Notes under the pieces: generated by a model | Told to the model about the DNA's origin: nothing | The model's database searches: none | Seen by the model: the letters and a program-made list of their open reading frames with translations, nothing else | Position numbers and translations under genes: made by a program | In this document: positions 52,278 through 64,000 of the stretch, one piece after another | How positions within the stretch are numbered: position 1 is the stretch's first letter | How the letters are laid out: each line of letters starts with the position of its first letter | NCBI GenBank assembly: GCA_964016885.1 | Contig: OZ024757.1 | Location: 35,030,001-35,094,000, forward strand | Reading direction: 5' to 3' | Length of the DNA stretch: 64,000 nt | Source: Eledone cirrhosa | Taxonomy: Eukaryota

Positions 52278-53890
52278 AGAGAGATGAAACAAGTGAGGGA
52301 TTAGAGAGAGATGAAACAAGTGAGGGATTAGAGTGTTGAAACAAGAGAGAGAGAGGAAGAGAGACTGAGAGCGAAATCAAACGAGAGAGAGCGAAATGAA
52401 ATGAGAGAGTGAGAGCGAGATGAAACGAGAGAGAGAGAGAGAGCGAGATGAAATGAGAGAGAGAGAGCGAGATGAAATGAGAGAGAGAGAGCGAGATGAA
52501 ACGAGACAGAGAGAGCGGGATGAAACGAGACAGAGAGAGCGAGAGCGAGATGAAACGAGACAGAGAGAGTGAGATGAAACGAGAGAGAGAGAGCGAGATG
52601 AAATGAGAGAGAGAGAGCGAGATGAAATGAGAGAGAGAGAGCGAGATGAAACGAGAGAGTGAGAGCGAGATGGAACGAGACAGAGAGAGCGAGATGAAAC
52701 GAGAGTGGGAGAGCTAGATGAAACGAGAGAGAGAGGAAACGAGAGAGACGAAACGAGAGAGAGGAAACGAGAGTAGAGAGCGAGATGAAACAGGAGAGAG
52801 AGAGCGAGATGAAACAGGAGAGAGAGAGCGAGATGAAACGAGAGGGAGAGAGAGATGAAACGAGAGAGCGAGAGAGAGATCGAGGGAGATGAAACGACAG
52901 AGAGAGAGACAGATGAAACGAGGGAGATAGAGATGAAACGAGAGAGAGATGAAACGAGAGAGAGGAAGAGAGAGATGGAACGAGAGAGAGGAAGTCAGAG
53001 ATGAAACGAGAGAGAGAGAGAGCAAGATGAAACGAGAGAGAGAGATGAAACGAGAGAGAGGAAGAGAGAGATGGAACGAGAGAGAGGAAGAGAGAGATGG
53101 AACGAGAGAGAGGAAGACAGAGATGAAACGAGAGAGAGAGAGATCGAGATGAAACGAGAGAGAGGAAGAGAGAGAGCGCAAGATGAAACGAGAGAGAGAG
53201 AGCGAGATGAAACGAGAGAGAGGAAGAGAGAGAGCGCGAGATGAAACGAGAGAGAGGAAGAGAGAGAGCGCGTGATGAAACGAGAGAGAGAGAGCGAGAT
53301 GAAATGAGAGAGTGAGAGTGAGATGAAACGAGAGAGAGAGAGAGAGCGAGATGAAATGAGAGAGAGAGAGCGAGATGAAATGAGAGAGAGAGAGCGAGAT
53401 GAAACGAGACAGAGAGAGCGGGATGAAACGAGACAGAGAGATCGAGATGAAATGAGAGAGAGAGAGCAAGATGAAATGAGAGAGCGAGATGAAACGAGAG
53501 AGTGAGATCGAGATGGAACGAGTCAGAGAGAGCGAGATGAAACGAGAGAGTGAGAGCTAGATGAAACGAGAGAGAGGAAACGAGAGAGAGAGGAAACGAG
53601 AGAGAGGAAACGAGAGTAGAGAGCAAGATGAAACAGGAGAGAGAGAGAGCGAGATGAAACCGGAGAGAGAGAGCGAGATGAAACGAGAGGGAGGGAGAGA
53701 TGAAACGAGAGAGCGAGAGAGAGATAGAGGGAGATGAAACGAGAGAGTGACAGCTAGATGAAACGAGAGAGAGAGGAATAGAGAGATGGAACGAGAGAGA
53801 GGAAGAGAGAGAGCGCGAGATGAAATGAGAGAGAGAGAGAGCGACATGAAACGAGAGAGAGGAAGAGAGAGAGCACGAGATGAAAGTCTG

Positions 53891-54254
53891 TCATGTAATG
53901 TTATGGACATATCTGCCCTTGGGGCTAATAATTGTCATTTAATGTTATGGACATATCTGCCCTTGGGGCTAATAATTGTCATGTAACGTTATGGATATCT
54001 CTGCCCCTGTGGCTAATAATTCTGTCATGTAATGTTATGGACATCTCTGCCCCTGTGGCTAATAATTCTGTCATGTAATGTTATGGACATCTCTGCCCCT
54101 GTGGCTAATAATTCTGTCATGTAATGTTATGGACATCTCTGCCCCTGTGGCTAATAATTCTGACATGTAATGTTATGGACATCTGTGCCCCTGTGGCTAA
54201 TAATTCTGACATGTAATGTTATGGACATCTCTGCCCCTGTGGCTAATAATTCTG
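53891..54254 (-). repeat. 46-bp minisatellite array (8 units)
   Basis: Two 44-mers then six 46-mers. Confidence 0.95.
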
Positions 54255-55841
54255 AGAGAGATGAAACAAGTGAGGGATTAGAGAGAGATGAAACAAGTGA
54301 GGGATTAGAGTGTTGAAACAAGAGAGAGGAAGAGAGAGTGAGAGCGAGATCAAACGAGAGAGAGAGAGCGAGATGAAATGAGAGAGAGAGAGCGAGATGA
54401 AACAAGACAGAGAGAGCGGGATGAAACGAGACAGAGAGAGCGAGAGCGAGATGAAACGAGACAGAGAGAGCGAGATGAAATGAGAGAGAGAGAGCGAGAT
54501 GAAATGAGAGAGAGAGAGCGAGATGAAATGAGAGAGAGAGAGCGAGATGAAACAAGAGAGTGAGAGCGAGATGGAACGAGAGAGAGAGAGAGAGCGAGAT
54601 GAAATGAGAGAGAGAGAGCGAGATGAAATGAGAGAGAGAGAGCGAGATGAAACGAGACAGAGAGAGCGGGATGAAACGAGACAGAGAGAGCGAGATGAAA
54701 TGAGAGAGAGAGAGCGAGATGAAACGAGAGAGTGAGAGCGAGATGGAACGAGACAGAGAGAGCGAGATGAAACGAGAGTGGGAGAGCTAGATGAAACGAG
54801 AGAGAGAGGAAACGAGAGAGACGAAACGAGAGAGAGGAAACGAGAGTAGAGAGCGAGATGAAACAGGAGAGAGAGAGCGAGATGAAACAGGAGAGAGATA
54901 GCGAGATGAAACGAGAGGGAGAGAGAGATGAAACGAGAGAGCGAGAGAGGGATAGAGGGAGATGAAACGACAGAGAGAGAGACAGATGAAACGAGGGAGA
55001 TAGAGATGAAACGAGAGAGAGGAAGAGAGAGATGGATCGAGAGAGAGGAAGAGAGAGATGGAACGAGAGAGAGGAAGACAGAGATGAAACGAGAGAGAGA
55101 CAGAGCAAGATGAAACGAGAGAGAGAGATTAAACGAGAGAGAGGAAGAGAGAGATGGAACGAGAGAGAGGAAGAGAGAGATGGAACGAGAGAGAGGAAGA
55201 CAGAGATGAAACGAGAGAGAGAGAGAGAGAGATGAAACGAGAGAGAGGAAGAGAGAGAGCGCAAGATCAAACGAGAGAGAGAGAGAGAGAGAGCGAGATG
55301 AAACGAGAGAGAGGAAGAGAGAGAGCGCGAGATGAAACGAGAGACAGGAAGAGAGAGAGCGCGAGATGAAACGAGAGAGTGAGAGCGAGATGAAATGAGA
55401 GAGAGAGAGAACGAGATGAAATGAGAGAGAGAGAGAGCGAGATGAAATGAGACATAGAGAGATGAAACGAGAGAGAGATGAAACGAGAAAGAGAGGAAAC
55501 GAGAGAGTGGAAACAAGAGTAGAGAGCGAGATGAAACAGGAGTGAGAGAGCGAGAAGAAACAGGAGAGAGAGAGCGAGATGAAACGAGAGGGAGCGAGAG
55601 ATGAAACGAGAGAGCGAGAGAGAGATAGAGGGAAATGAAACGACAGAGAGAGAGACAGATGAAACGAGGGATATAGAGATGAAACGAGAGAGAGATATGA
55701 AACGAGAGAGAGGAAGAGAGAGATAGAACGAGAGAGAGGAAGACAGAGGTGAAACGAGAGAGAGAGAGAGCGAGATGAAACGAGAGAGAGAGCGAGATGA
55801 AACGAGAGAGAGGAAGAGAGAGAGCGCGAGATGAAACTCTG

Positions 55842-56060
55842 TCATGGACATCTCTGCCCCTGTGGCTAATAATTCTGTCATGTAATGTTATGGACAACTC
55901 TGCCCCTGTGGCTAATAATTCTGTCATGTAATGTTATGGACATCTCTGCCCCTGTGGCTAATAATTCTGACATGTAATGTTATGGAATCTCTGCCCCTGT
56001 GGCTAATAAATCTGTCATGTAATGTTACGGACATCTCTGCCCCTGTGGCTAATAATTCTG
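55842..56060 (-). repeat. 46-bp minisatellite array (~5 units)
   Basis: Reverse 46-mers. Confidence 0.95.
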
Positions 56061-57200
56061 AGAGAGATGAAACAAGTGAGGGATTAGAGAGAGATGAAAC
56101 AAGTGAGGGATTAGAGTGTTGAAACAAGAGAGAGAGAGGAAGAGTGAGTGAGAGCGAAATCAAACGAGAGAGAGCGAGATGAAATGAGAGAGTGAGAGCG
56201 AGATGAAACGAGAGAGAGAGAGAGAGCGAGATGAAATGAGAGAGAGAGAGCGAGATGAAATGAGAGAGAGTGAGCGAGATGAAACGAGACAGAGAGAGCG
56301 GGATGAAACGAGACAGAGAGAGCGAGAGCGAGATGAAACGAGACAGAGAGAGCGAGATGAAACGAGAGAGAGAGAGCGAGATGAAATGAGAGAGAGAGAG
56401 CGAGATGAAATGAGAGAGAGAGAGCGAGATGAAACGAGAGAGTGAGAGCGAGATAGAACGAGACAGAGAGAGCGAGATGAAACGAGAGTGGGAGAGCTAG
56501 ATGAAACGAGAGAGAGAGGAAACGAGAGAGAGGAAGAGAGAGAGCGCAAGATGAAACGAGAGAGAGAGAGCGAGATGAAACGAGAGAGAGGAAGAGAGAG
56601 AGCGCGAGATGAAACGAGAGAGAGGAAGAGAGAGAGCGCGTGATGAAACGAGAGAGAGAGAGCGAGATGAAATGAGAGAGTGAGAGTGAGATGAAACGAG
56701 AGAGAGAGAGAGAGCGAGATGAAATGAGAGAGAGAGAGCGAGATGAAATGAGAGAGAGAGAGCGAGATGAAACGAGACAGAGAGAGCGGGATGAAACGAG
56801 ACAGAGAGATCGAGATGAAATGAGAGAGAGAGAGCAAGATGAAATGAGAGAGAGAGAGCGAGATGAAACGAGAGAGTGAGATCGAGATGGAACGAGTCAG
56901 AGAGAGCGAGATGAAACGAGAGAGTGAGAGCTAGATGAAACGAGAGAGAGGAAACGAGAGAGGAAACGAGAGAGAGGAAACGAGAGTAGAGAGCAAGATG
57001 AAACAGGAGAGAGAGAGAGCGAGATGAAACCGGAGAGAGAGAGTGAGATGAAACGAGAGGGAGGGAGAGATGAAACGAGAGAGCGAGAGAGAGATAGAGG
57101 GAGATGAAACGAGGGAGTGACAGCTAGATGAAACGAGAGAGAGAGGAATAGAGAGATGGAACGAGAGAGAGGAAGAGAGAGAGCGCGAGATGAAAGTCTG

Positions 57201-57564
57201 TCATGTAATGTTATGGACATATCTGCCCTTGGGGCTAATAATTGTCATTTAATGTTATGGACATATCTGCCCTTGGGGCTAATAATTGTCATGTAATGTT
57301 ATGGATATCTCTGCCCATGTGGCTAATAATTCTGTCATGTAATGTTATGGACATCTCTGCCCCTGTGGCTAATAATTCTGTCATGTAATGTTATGGACAT
57401 CTCTGCCCCTGTGGCTAATAATTCTGTCATGTAATGTTATGGACATCTCTGCCCCTGCGGCGAATAATTCTGACATGTAATGTTATGGCCATCTGTGCCC
57501 CTGTGGCTAATAATTCTGACATGTAATGTTATGGACATCTCTGCCCCTGTGGCTAATAATTCTG
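57201..57564 (-). repeat. 46-bp minisatellite array (8 units)
   Basis: Two 44-mers then six 46-mers. Confidence 0.95.
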
Positions 57565-59195
57565 AGAGAGATGAAACAAGTGAGGGATTAGAGAGAGATG
57601 AAACAAGTGAGGGATTAGAGTGTTGAAACAAGAGAGAGGAAGAGAGAGTGAGAGCGAGATCAAACGAGAGAGAGAGAGCGAGATGAAATGAGAGAGAGAG
57701 AGCGAGATGAAACAAGACAGAGAGAGCGGGATGAAACGAGACAGAGAGAGCGAGAGCGAGATGAAACGAGACAGAGAGAGCGAGATGAAACGAGAGAGAG
57801 AGAGCGAGATGAAATGAGAGAGAGAGAGCGAGATGAAATGAGAGAGAGAGAGCGAGATGAAACAAGAGAGTGAGAGCGAGATGGAACGAGAGAGAGAGAG
57901 AGAGCGAGATGAAATGAGAGAGAGAGAGCGAGATGAAATGAGAGAGAGAGAGCGAGATGAAACGAGACAGAGAGAGCGGGATGAAACGAGACAGAGAGAG
58001 CGAGAGCGAGATGAAACGAGACAGAGAGAGCGAGATGAAACGAGACAGAGAGAGCGAGATGAAATGAGAGAGAGAGAGCGAGATGAAACGAGAGAGTGAG
58101 AGCGAGATGGAACGAGACAGAGAGAGCGAGATGAAACGAGAGTGGGAGAGCTAGATGAAACGAGAGAGAGAGGAAACGAGAGAGAGAGGAAACGAGAGTA
58201 GAGAGCGAGATGAAACAGGAGAGAGAGAGCGAGATGAAACAGGAGAGAGATAGCGAGATGAAACGAGAGGGAGAGAGAGATGAAACGAGAGAGCGAGAGA
58301 GAGATAGAGGGAGATGAAACGACAGAGAGAGAGACAGATGAAACGAGGGAGATAGAGATGAAACGAGAGAGAGGAAGAGAGAGATGGAACGAGAGAGAGG
58401 AAGAGAGAGATGGAACGAGAGAGAGGAAGACAGAGATGAAACGAGAGAGAGACAGAGCAAGATTAAACGAGAGAGAGGAAGAGAGAGATGGAACGAGAGA
58501 GAGGAAGAGAGAGATGGAACGAGAGAGAGGAAGACAGAGATGAAACGAGAGAGAGAGAGAGAGAGATGAAACGAGAGAGAGGAAGAGAGAGAGCGCAAGA
58601 TGAAACGAGAGAGAGAGAGAGCGAGATGAAACGAGAGAGAGGAAGAGAGAGAGCACGAGATGAAACGAGAGACAGGAAGAGAGAGAGCGCGAGATGAAAC
58701 GAGAGAGTGAGAGCGAGATGAAATGAGAGAGAGAGAGAACGAGATGAAATGAGAGAGAGAGAGAGCGAGATGAAATGAGACATAGAGAGATGAAACGAGA
58801 GAGAGATGAAACGAGAAAGAGAGGAAACGAGAGAGTGGAAACAAGAGCAGAGAGCGAGATGAAACAGGAGTGAGAGAGCGAGATGAAACAGGAGAGAGAG
58901 AGCGAGATGAAACGAGAGGGAGCGAGAGATGAAACGAGAGAGCGAGAGAGAGATAGAGGGAAATGAAACGACAGAGAGAGAGACAGATGAAACGAGGGAT
59001 ATAGAGATGAAACGAGAGAGAGATATGAAACGAGAGAGAGGAAGAGAGAGATAGAACGAGAGAGAGGAAGAGAGAGATGAAACGAGAGAGAGGAAGACAG
59101 AGGTGAAACGAGAGAGAGAGAGAGCGAGATGAAACGAGAGAGAGAGCGAGATGAAACGAGAGAGAGGAAGAGAGAGAGCGCGAGATGAAACTCTG

Positions 59196-59506
59196 TCATG
59201 GACATCTCTGCCCCTGTGGCTAATAATTCTGTCATGTAATGTTATGGACAACTCTGCCCCTGTGGCTAATAATTCTGTCATGTAATGTTATGGACATCTC
59301 TGTCCCTGTGGCTAATAATTCTGACATGTAATGTTATGGAATCTCTGCCCCTGTGGCTAATAAATCTGTCATGTAATGTTACGGACATCTCTGCCCCTGT
59401 GGCTAATAAATCTGTCATGTAATGTTATGGACATCTCTGTCCCTGTGGCTAATAATTCTGACATGTAATGTTATGGACATCTCTGCCCCTGTGGCTAATA
59501 TTTCTG
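59196..59506 (-). repeat. 46-bp minisatellite array (~7 units)
   Basis: Reverse 46-mers. Confidence 0.95.
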
Positions 59507-62213
59507 AGAGAGATGAAACAAGTGAGGGATTAGAGAGAGATGAAACAAGTGAGGGATTAGAGTGTTGAAACAAGAGAGAGAGAGGAAGAGTGAGTGAGAG
59601 CGAAATCAAACGAGAGAGAGCGAGATGAAATGAGAGAGTGAGAGCGAGATGAAACGAGAGAGAGAGAGAGGGCGAGATGAAATGAGAGAGAGAGAGCGAG
59701 ATGAAATGAGAGAGAGTGAGCGAGATGAAACGAGACAGAGAGAGCGGGATGAAACGAGACAGAGAGAGCGAGAGCGAGATGAAACGAGACAGAGAGAGCG
59801 AGATGAAACGAGAGAGAGAGAGCGAGATGAAATGAGAGAGAGAGAGCGAGATGAAATGAGAGAGAGAGAGCGAGATGAAACGAGAGAGTGAGAGCGAGAT
59901 AGAACGAGACAGAGAGAGCGAGATGAAACGAGAGTGGGAGAGCTAGATGAAACGAGAGAGAGAGGAAACGAGAGAGAGAGGAAACGTGAGAGACGAAACG
60001 AGAGAGAGGAAACGAGAGTAGAGTGCGATATGAAACAGGAGAGAGAGAGCGAGATGAAACAGGAGAGAGAGAGCGAGATGAAACGAGAGGGAGAGAGAGA
60101 TGAAACGAGAGAGCGAGAGAGAGATAGAGGGAGATGAAACGACAGAGAGAGAGACAGATGAAACGAGGGAGATAGAGATGAAACGAGAGAGAGAGATGAA
60201 ACGAGAGAGAGGAAGAGAGAGATGGAACGAGAGAGAGGAAGAGAGAGATGGAACGAGAGAGAGGAAGACAGAGATGAAACGAGAGAGAGAGAGAGCAAGA
60301 TGAAACGAGAGAGAGAGATGAAACGAGAGAGAGGAAGAGAGATATGGAACGAGAGAGAGGAAGACAGAGATGAAACGAGAGAGAGAGAGATTGAGATGAA
60401 ACGAGAGAGAGGAAGAGAGAGAGCGCAAGATGAAACGAGAGAGAGAGAGAGAGCGAGATGAAACGAGAGAGAGGAAGAGAGAGAGCGCGAGATGAAACGA
60501 GAGAGAGGAAGAGAGAGAGCGCAAGATGAAACGAGAGAGAGAGAGAGCGAGATGAAACGAGAGAGAGGAAGAGAGAGAGCGCGAGATGAAACGAGAGAGA
60601 GGAAGAGAGAGAGCGCGAGATGAAACGAGAGAGAGAGAGCGAGATGAAATGAGAGAGTGAGAGTGAGATGAAACGAGAGAGAGAGAGAGAGCGAGATGAA
60701 ATGAGAGAGAGAGAGCGAGATGAAATGAGAGAGAGAGAGCGAGATGAAACGAGACAGAGAGATCGAGATGAAATGAGAGAGAGAGAGCAAGATGAAATGA
60801 GAGAGAGAGAGAGCGAGATGAAACGAGAGAGAGAGAGCGAGATGAAATGAGAGAGAGAGAGCAAGATGAAATGAGAGAGAGTGAGAGCTAGATGAAACGA
60901 GAGAGAGAGGAAACGAGAGAGAGAGGAAACGAGAGAGAGAGGAGACGAGAGAGAGGAAACGAGAGAGAGGAAACGAGAGTAGAGAGCAAGATGAAACAGG
61001 AGAGAGAGAGAGCGAGATGAAACCGGAGAGAGAGAGCGAGATGAAACGAGAGGGAGGGAGAGATGAAACAAAGAGCGAGAGAGAGATAGAGGGAGATGAA
61101 ACGAGAGAGTGATAGCTAGATGAAACGAGAGTGAGAGGAATAGAGAGATGGAACGAGAGAGAGGAAGACAGATATGAAACGAGAGAGAGAGAGAGCGAGA
61201 TGAAACGAGAGAGAGGAAGAGAGAGAGCGCGAGATGAAATGAGAGAGAGAGAGAGCGAGATGAAACGAGAGAGAAAAGAGAGAGAGCGCGAGATGAAAAG
61301 AGAGAGAGAGAGAGAGAGCGAGATGAAAAGAGAGAGAGGAAGAGAGAGAGCGCGAGATGAAACGAGAGAGAGAGAGCGAGATGAAATGAGAGAGTGAGGG
61401 TGAGATGAAACGAGAGAGAGAGAGATAGCGAGATGAAATGAGAGAGAGCGAGATGAAATGAGAGAGAGAGATAGCGAGATGAAACGAGACAGAGAAAGCG
61501 GGATGAAACGAGACAGAGAGATCGAGAGGAAATGAGAGACAGAGAGAGCGAGATGAAACGAGAGAGTGAGGAAACGAGAGAGAGAGGAAACGAGAGTAGA
61601 GAGCGAGATGAAACAGGAGAGAGAGAGAGCGAGATAAAACAGGAGAGAGAGAGCGAGATGAAACGAGAGGGAGGGAGAGATGAAACGAGAGAGCGAGAGA
61701 GAGATAGAGGGAGATAGATATGAAACGAGAGAGCGAGATGAAACGAGAGACTGAGATAGAGATGGAACGAGACAGAGAGAGCGAGATGAAACGAGACAGA
61801 GAGAGCGAGATGTAATGAGAGAGAGAGAGAGTGGGATGGAACGAGACAGAGAGGAAACGAGAAAGAGAGGAAACGAGAGAGAGAGGAAACGAGAGAGAGG
61901 AAACGAGAGTAGAGAGCGAGATGAAACAGGAGAGAGAGAGCGAGATGAAACGAGAGGGAGGGAGAGATGAAACGAGAGAGGGAGAGAGAGATAGAGGGAG
62001 ATGAAACGACAGAGAGAGAGACAGATGAAACGAGGGAGATAGAGATGAAACGAGAGAGGAAGAGAGAGATGGAACGAGAGAGAGGAAGAGAGAGATGAAA
62101 CGAGAGAGAGGAAGACAGAGATGAATAGAGAGAGAGAGAGCGAGATGAAACGAGAGAGAGGAAGAGAGAGCGCGAGATGAAACGAGAGAGAGAGAGCGCG
62201 AGATGAAACTCTG

Positions 62214-62804
62214 TCATGTAATGTTATGGACATATCTGCCCTTGGGGCTAATAATTGTCATGTAATGTTATGGACGTCTCTGCACCTGTGGCTAATAATT
62301 CTGTCATGTAACGTTATGGACAACTCTGCCCCTGTGGCTAATAATTATGTCATGTAATGTTATGGACATCTCCGCCCCTGTGGCTAATAATTCTGACATG
62401 TAATGTTATGGACATCTCTGCCCCTCTGGCTAATAATTCTGACATGTAATGTTATGGACATCTCTGCCCCTGTGGCTAATAAATCAGAATTATTAGCCAC
62501 AGGGGCAGAGATGTCCATAACATTACATGTCAGAATTATTAGCCACAGGGGCAGAGATGTCCATAACATTACATGACAGATTTATTAGCCACAGGGGCAG
62601 AGATGTTCATAACACTACATGTCAGAATTATTAGCCACAGGGGCAGAGATGTCCATAACATTACATTACATAATTATTAGCCACAGGGGCAGAGATGTCC
62701 ATAACATTACATGACAGAATTATTAGCCACAGGGGCAGAGATGTCCATAACATTACATGACAATTATTAGCCCCAAGGGCAGATATGTCCATAACATTAC
62801 TTGA
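62214..62804. repeat. Inverted 46-mer arrays forming palindrome centre 3 (spacer 62483-62489)
   Basis: Same ggctaataa-atcagaa-ttattagcc junction. Confidence 0.95.
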
Positions 62805-64000
62805 CAGACTTTCATCTCGCGCTCTCTCTCTCGTTTCATCTCGCACTCTCTCTCTTCCTCTCTCTCGTTTCATCTCGCTCTCTCTCTCTGGTTTCATCTC
62901 GCGTTAACTCTCTTCCTCTCTCTCGTTTCATCTCTCTCTCTCGTTTCATCTCTATCTCCCTCGTTTCATCTGTCTCTCTCTCTGTCGTTTCATCTCCCTC
63001 TAACTCTCTCTCGCTCTCTCGTTTCATCTCTCTCTCCCTCTCGTTTCATCTCGCTCTCTCTCTCCTGTTTCATCTCGCTCTCTCTCTCCTGTTTCATCTC
63101 GCTCTCTCTCTCCTGTTTCATCTCGCTCTCTACTCTCGTTTCCTCTCTCTCATATCCTCTCTCTCGTTTCCTCTCTCTCTCGTTTCCTCTCTCTCTCGTT
63201 TCCTCTAGCTCTCACTCTCTCGTTTCATCTCGCTCTCTCTCTCTCATTTCATCTCGCTCTCTCTCTCTCGTTTCATCTCGCTCTCTCTGTCTCGTTTCAT
63301 TTCGCTCTCTCTCTCTCTCATTTCATCTCGCTATCTCTATCTCGTTTCATCCCGCTCTCTCTGTCTCGTTTCATCTCGCTCTCTCTCTCTCATTTCATCT
63401 CGCTCTCTCTCTCTCATTTCATCTCGCTCTCTCTCTCTCTCGTTTCATCTCGCTCTCACTCTCTCATTTCATCTCGCTCTCTCTCTCTCGTTTGATCTCG
63501 CTCTCACTCTATCTTCCTCTCTCTCTCTTGTTTCAACACTCTAATCCCTCACTTGTTTCATCTCTCTCAGATTTATTAGCCACAGGGGCAGAGATGTCCA
63601 TAACATTACTTGACGAATTTATTAGCCACAGGGGCAGAGATGTCCATAACATTACATGACAGAATTATTAGCCACAGGGGCAGAGATGTCCATAACATTA
63701 CATGACATAATTATTAGCCACAGGGGCAGAGATGTCCATAACATTACATGACAGAATTATTAGCCACAGGGGCAGAGATGTACATAACATTACATGACAA
63801 TTATTAGCCCCAAGGGCAGATATGTCCATAACATTACATGACAATCATTAGTCCCAAGGGCAGATATGTCCATAACATTACATGACAGACTTTAATCTCG
63901 CGCTCTCTCTCTCTCGTTTCATCTCGCCCTCTCTCTCTTCCTCTCTCTCGTTTCATCTCGCTCTCTCTCTCTCTCGTTTCATCTCGCGCTCTCTCTCTTC
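62490..64000 (+). repeat. CT-oriented satellite arm 3 (start, truncated by window)
   Basis: CT block followed by + strand array. Confidence 0.95.
63568..63885 (+). repeat. 46-bp minisatellite array (7 units)
   Basis: Variant order matches 23209-23526 and 44959-45276. Confidence 0.95.

Larger units (their letters stand above)
50882..62482 (-). repeat. GA-oriented satellite arm 3 (6 modules, rearranged relative to arms 1 and 2)
   Basis: Same motifs but different module lengths and order. Confidence 0.95.

Noticed and set aside
3301-63208. Hundreds of long Ser/Leu-rich or Arg/Glu-rich ORFs (up to 886 aa)
   Set aside because: They are translations of CT/GA repeats that lack stop codons; open in several overlapping frames on both strands, and counterpart copies differ by 2-bp indels that change the frame

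Overview
Eukaryotic (metazoan-like) repetitive DNA with no credible intact protein-coding gene. Over 90% of the window is a nested satellite. Level 1 has two repeat types: a 46-bp minisatellite (cagaattattagccacaggggcagagatgtccataacattacatga) and a (CT)n/(GA)n-rich 16-30-bp motif family built on tctcgtttcatctcgc. Level 2 is a ~1-3 kb module made of a CT/GA block, a fixed adaptor and a polarised array of 5-10 46-mers. Level 3 is runs of modules forming ~9-15 kb arms that alternate in orientation. Level 4 is a ~22-26 kb higher-order repeat present about three times. Orientation flips at two fixed junction types: a palindrome centre inside a 46-mer array with a 7-nt spacer (18621, 40379, 62483), and a ~1.8-kb AT-rich block (1571, 27394, 49124). 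That block holds a decayed Helitron Rep/Helicase N-terminal fragment interrupted by a tRNA-derived SINE with a 16-bp target-site duplication, plus a second SINE copy. Nearly all ORFs in the track are translations of the GA/CT repeats. Family assignments are from remembered motifs, not database searches.
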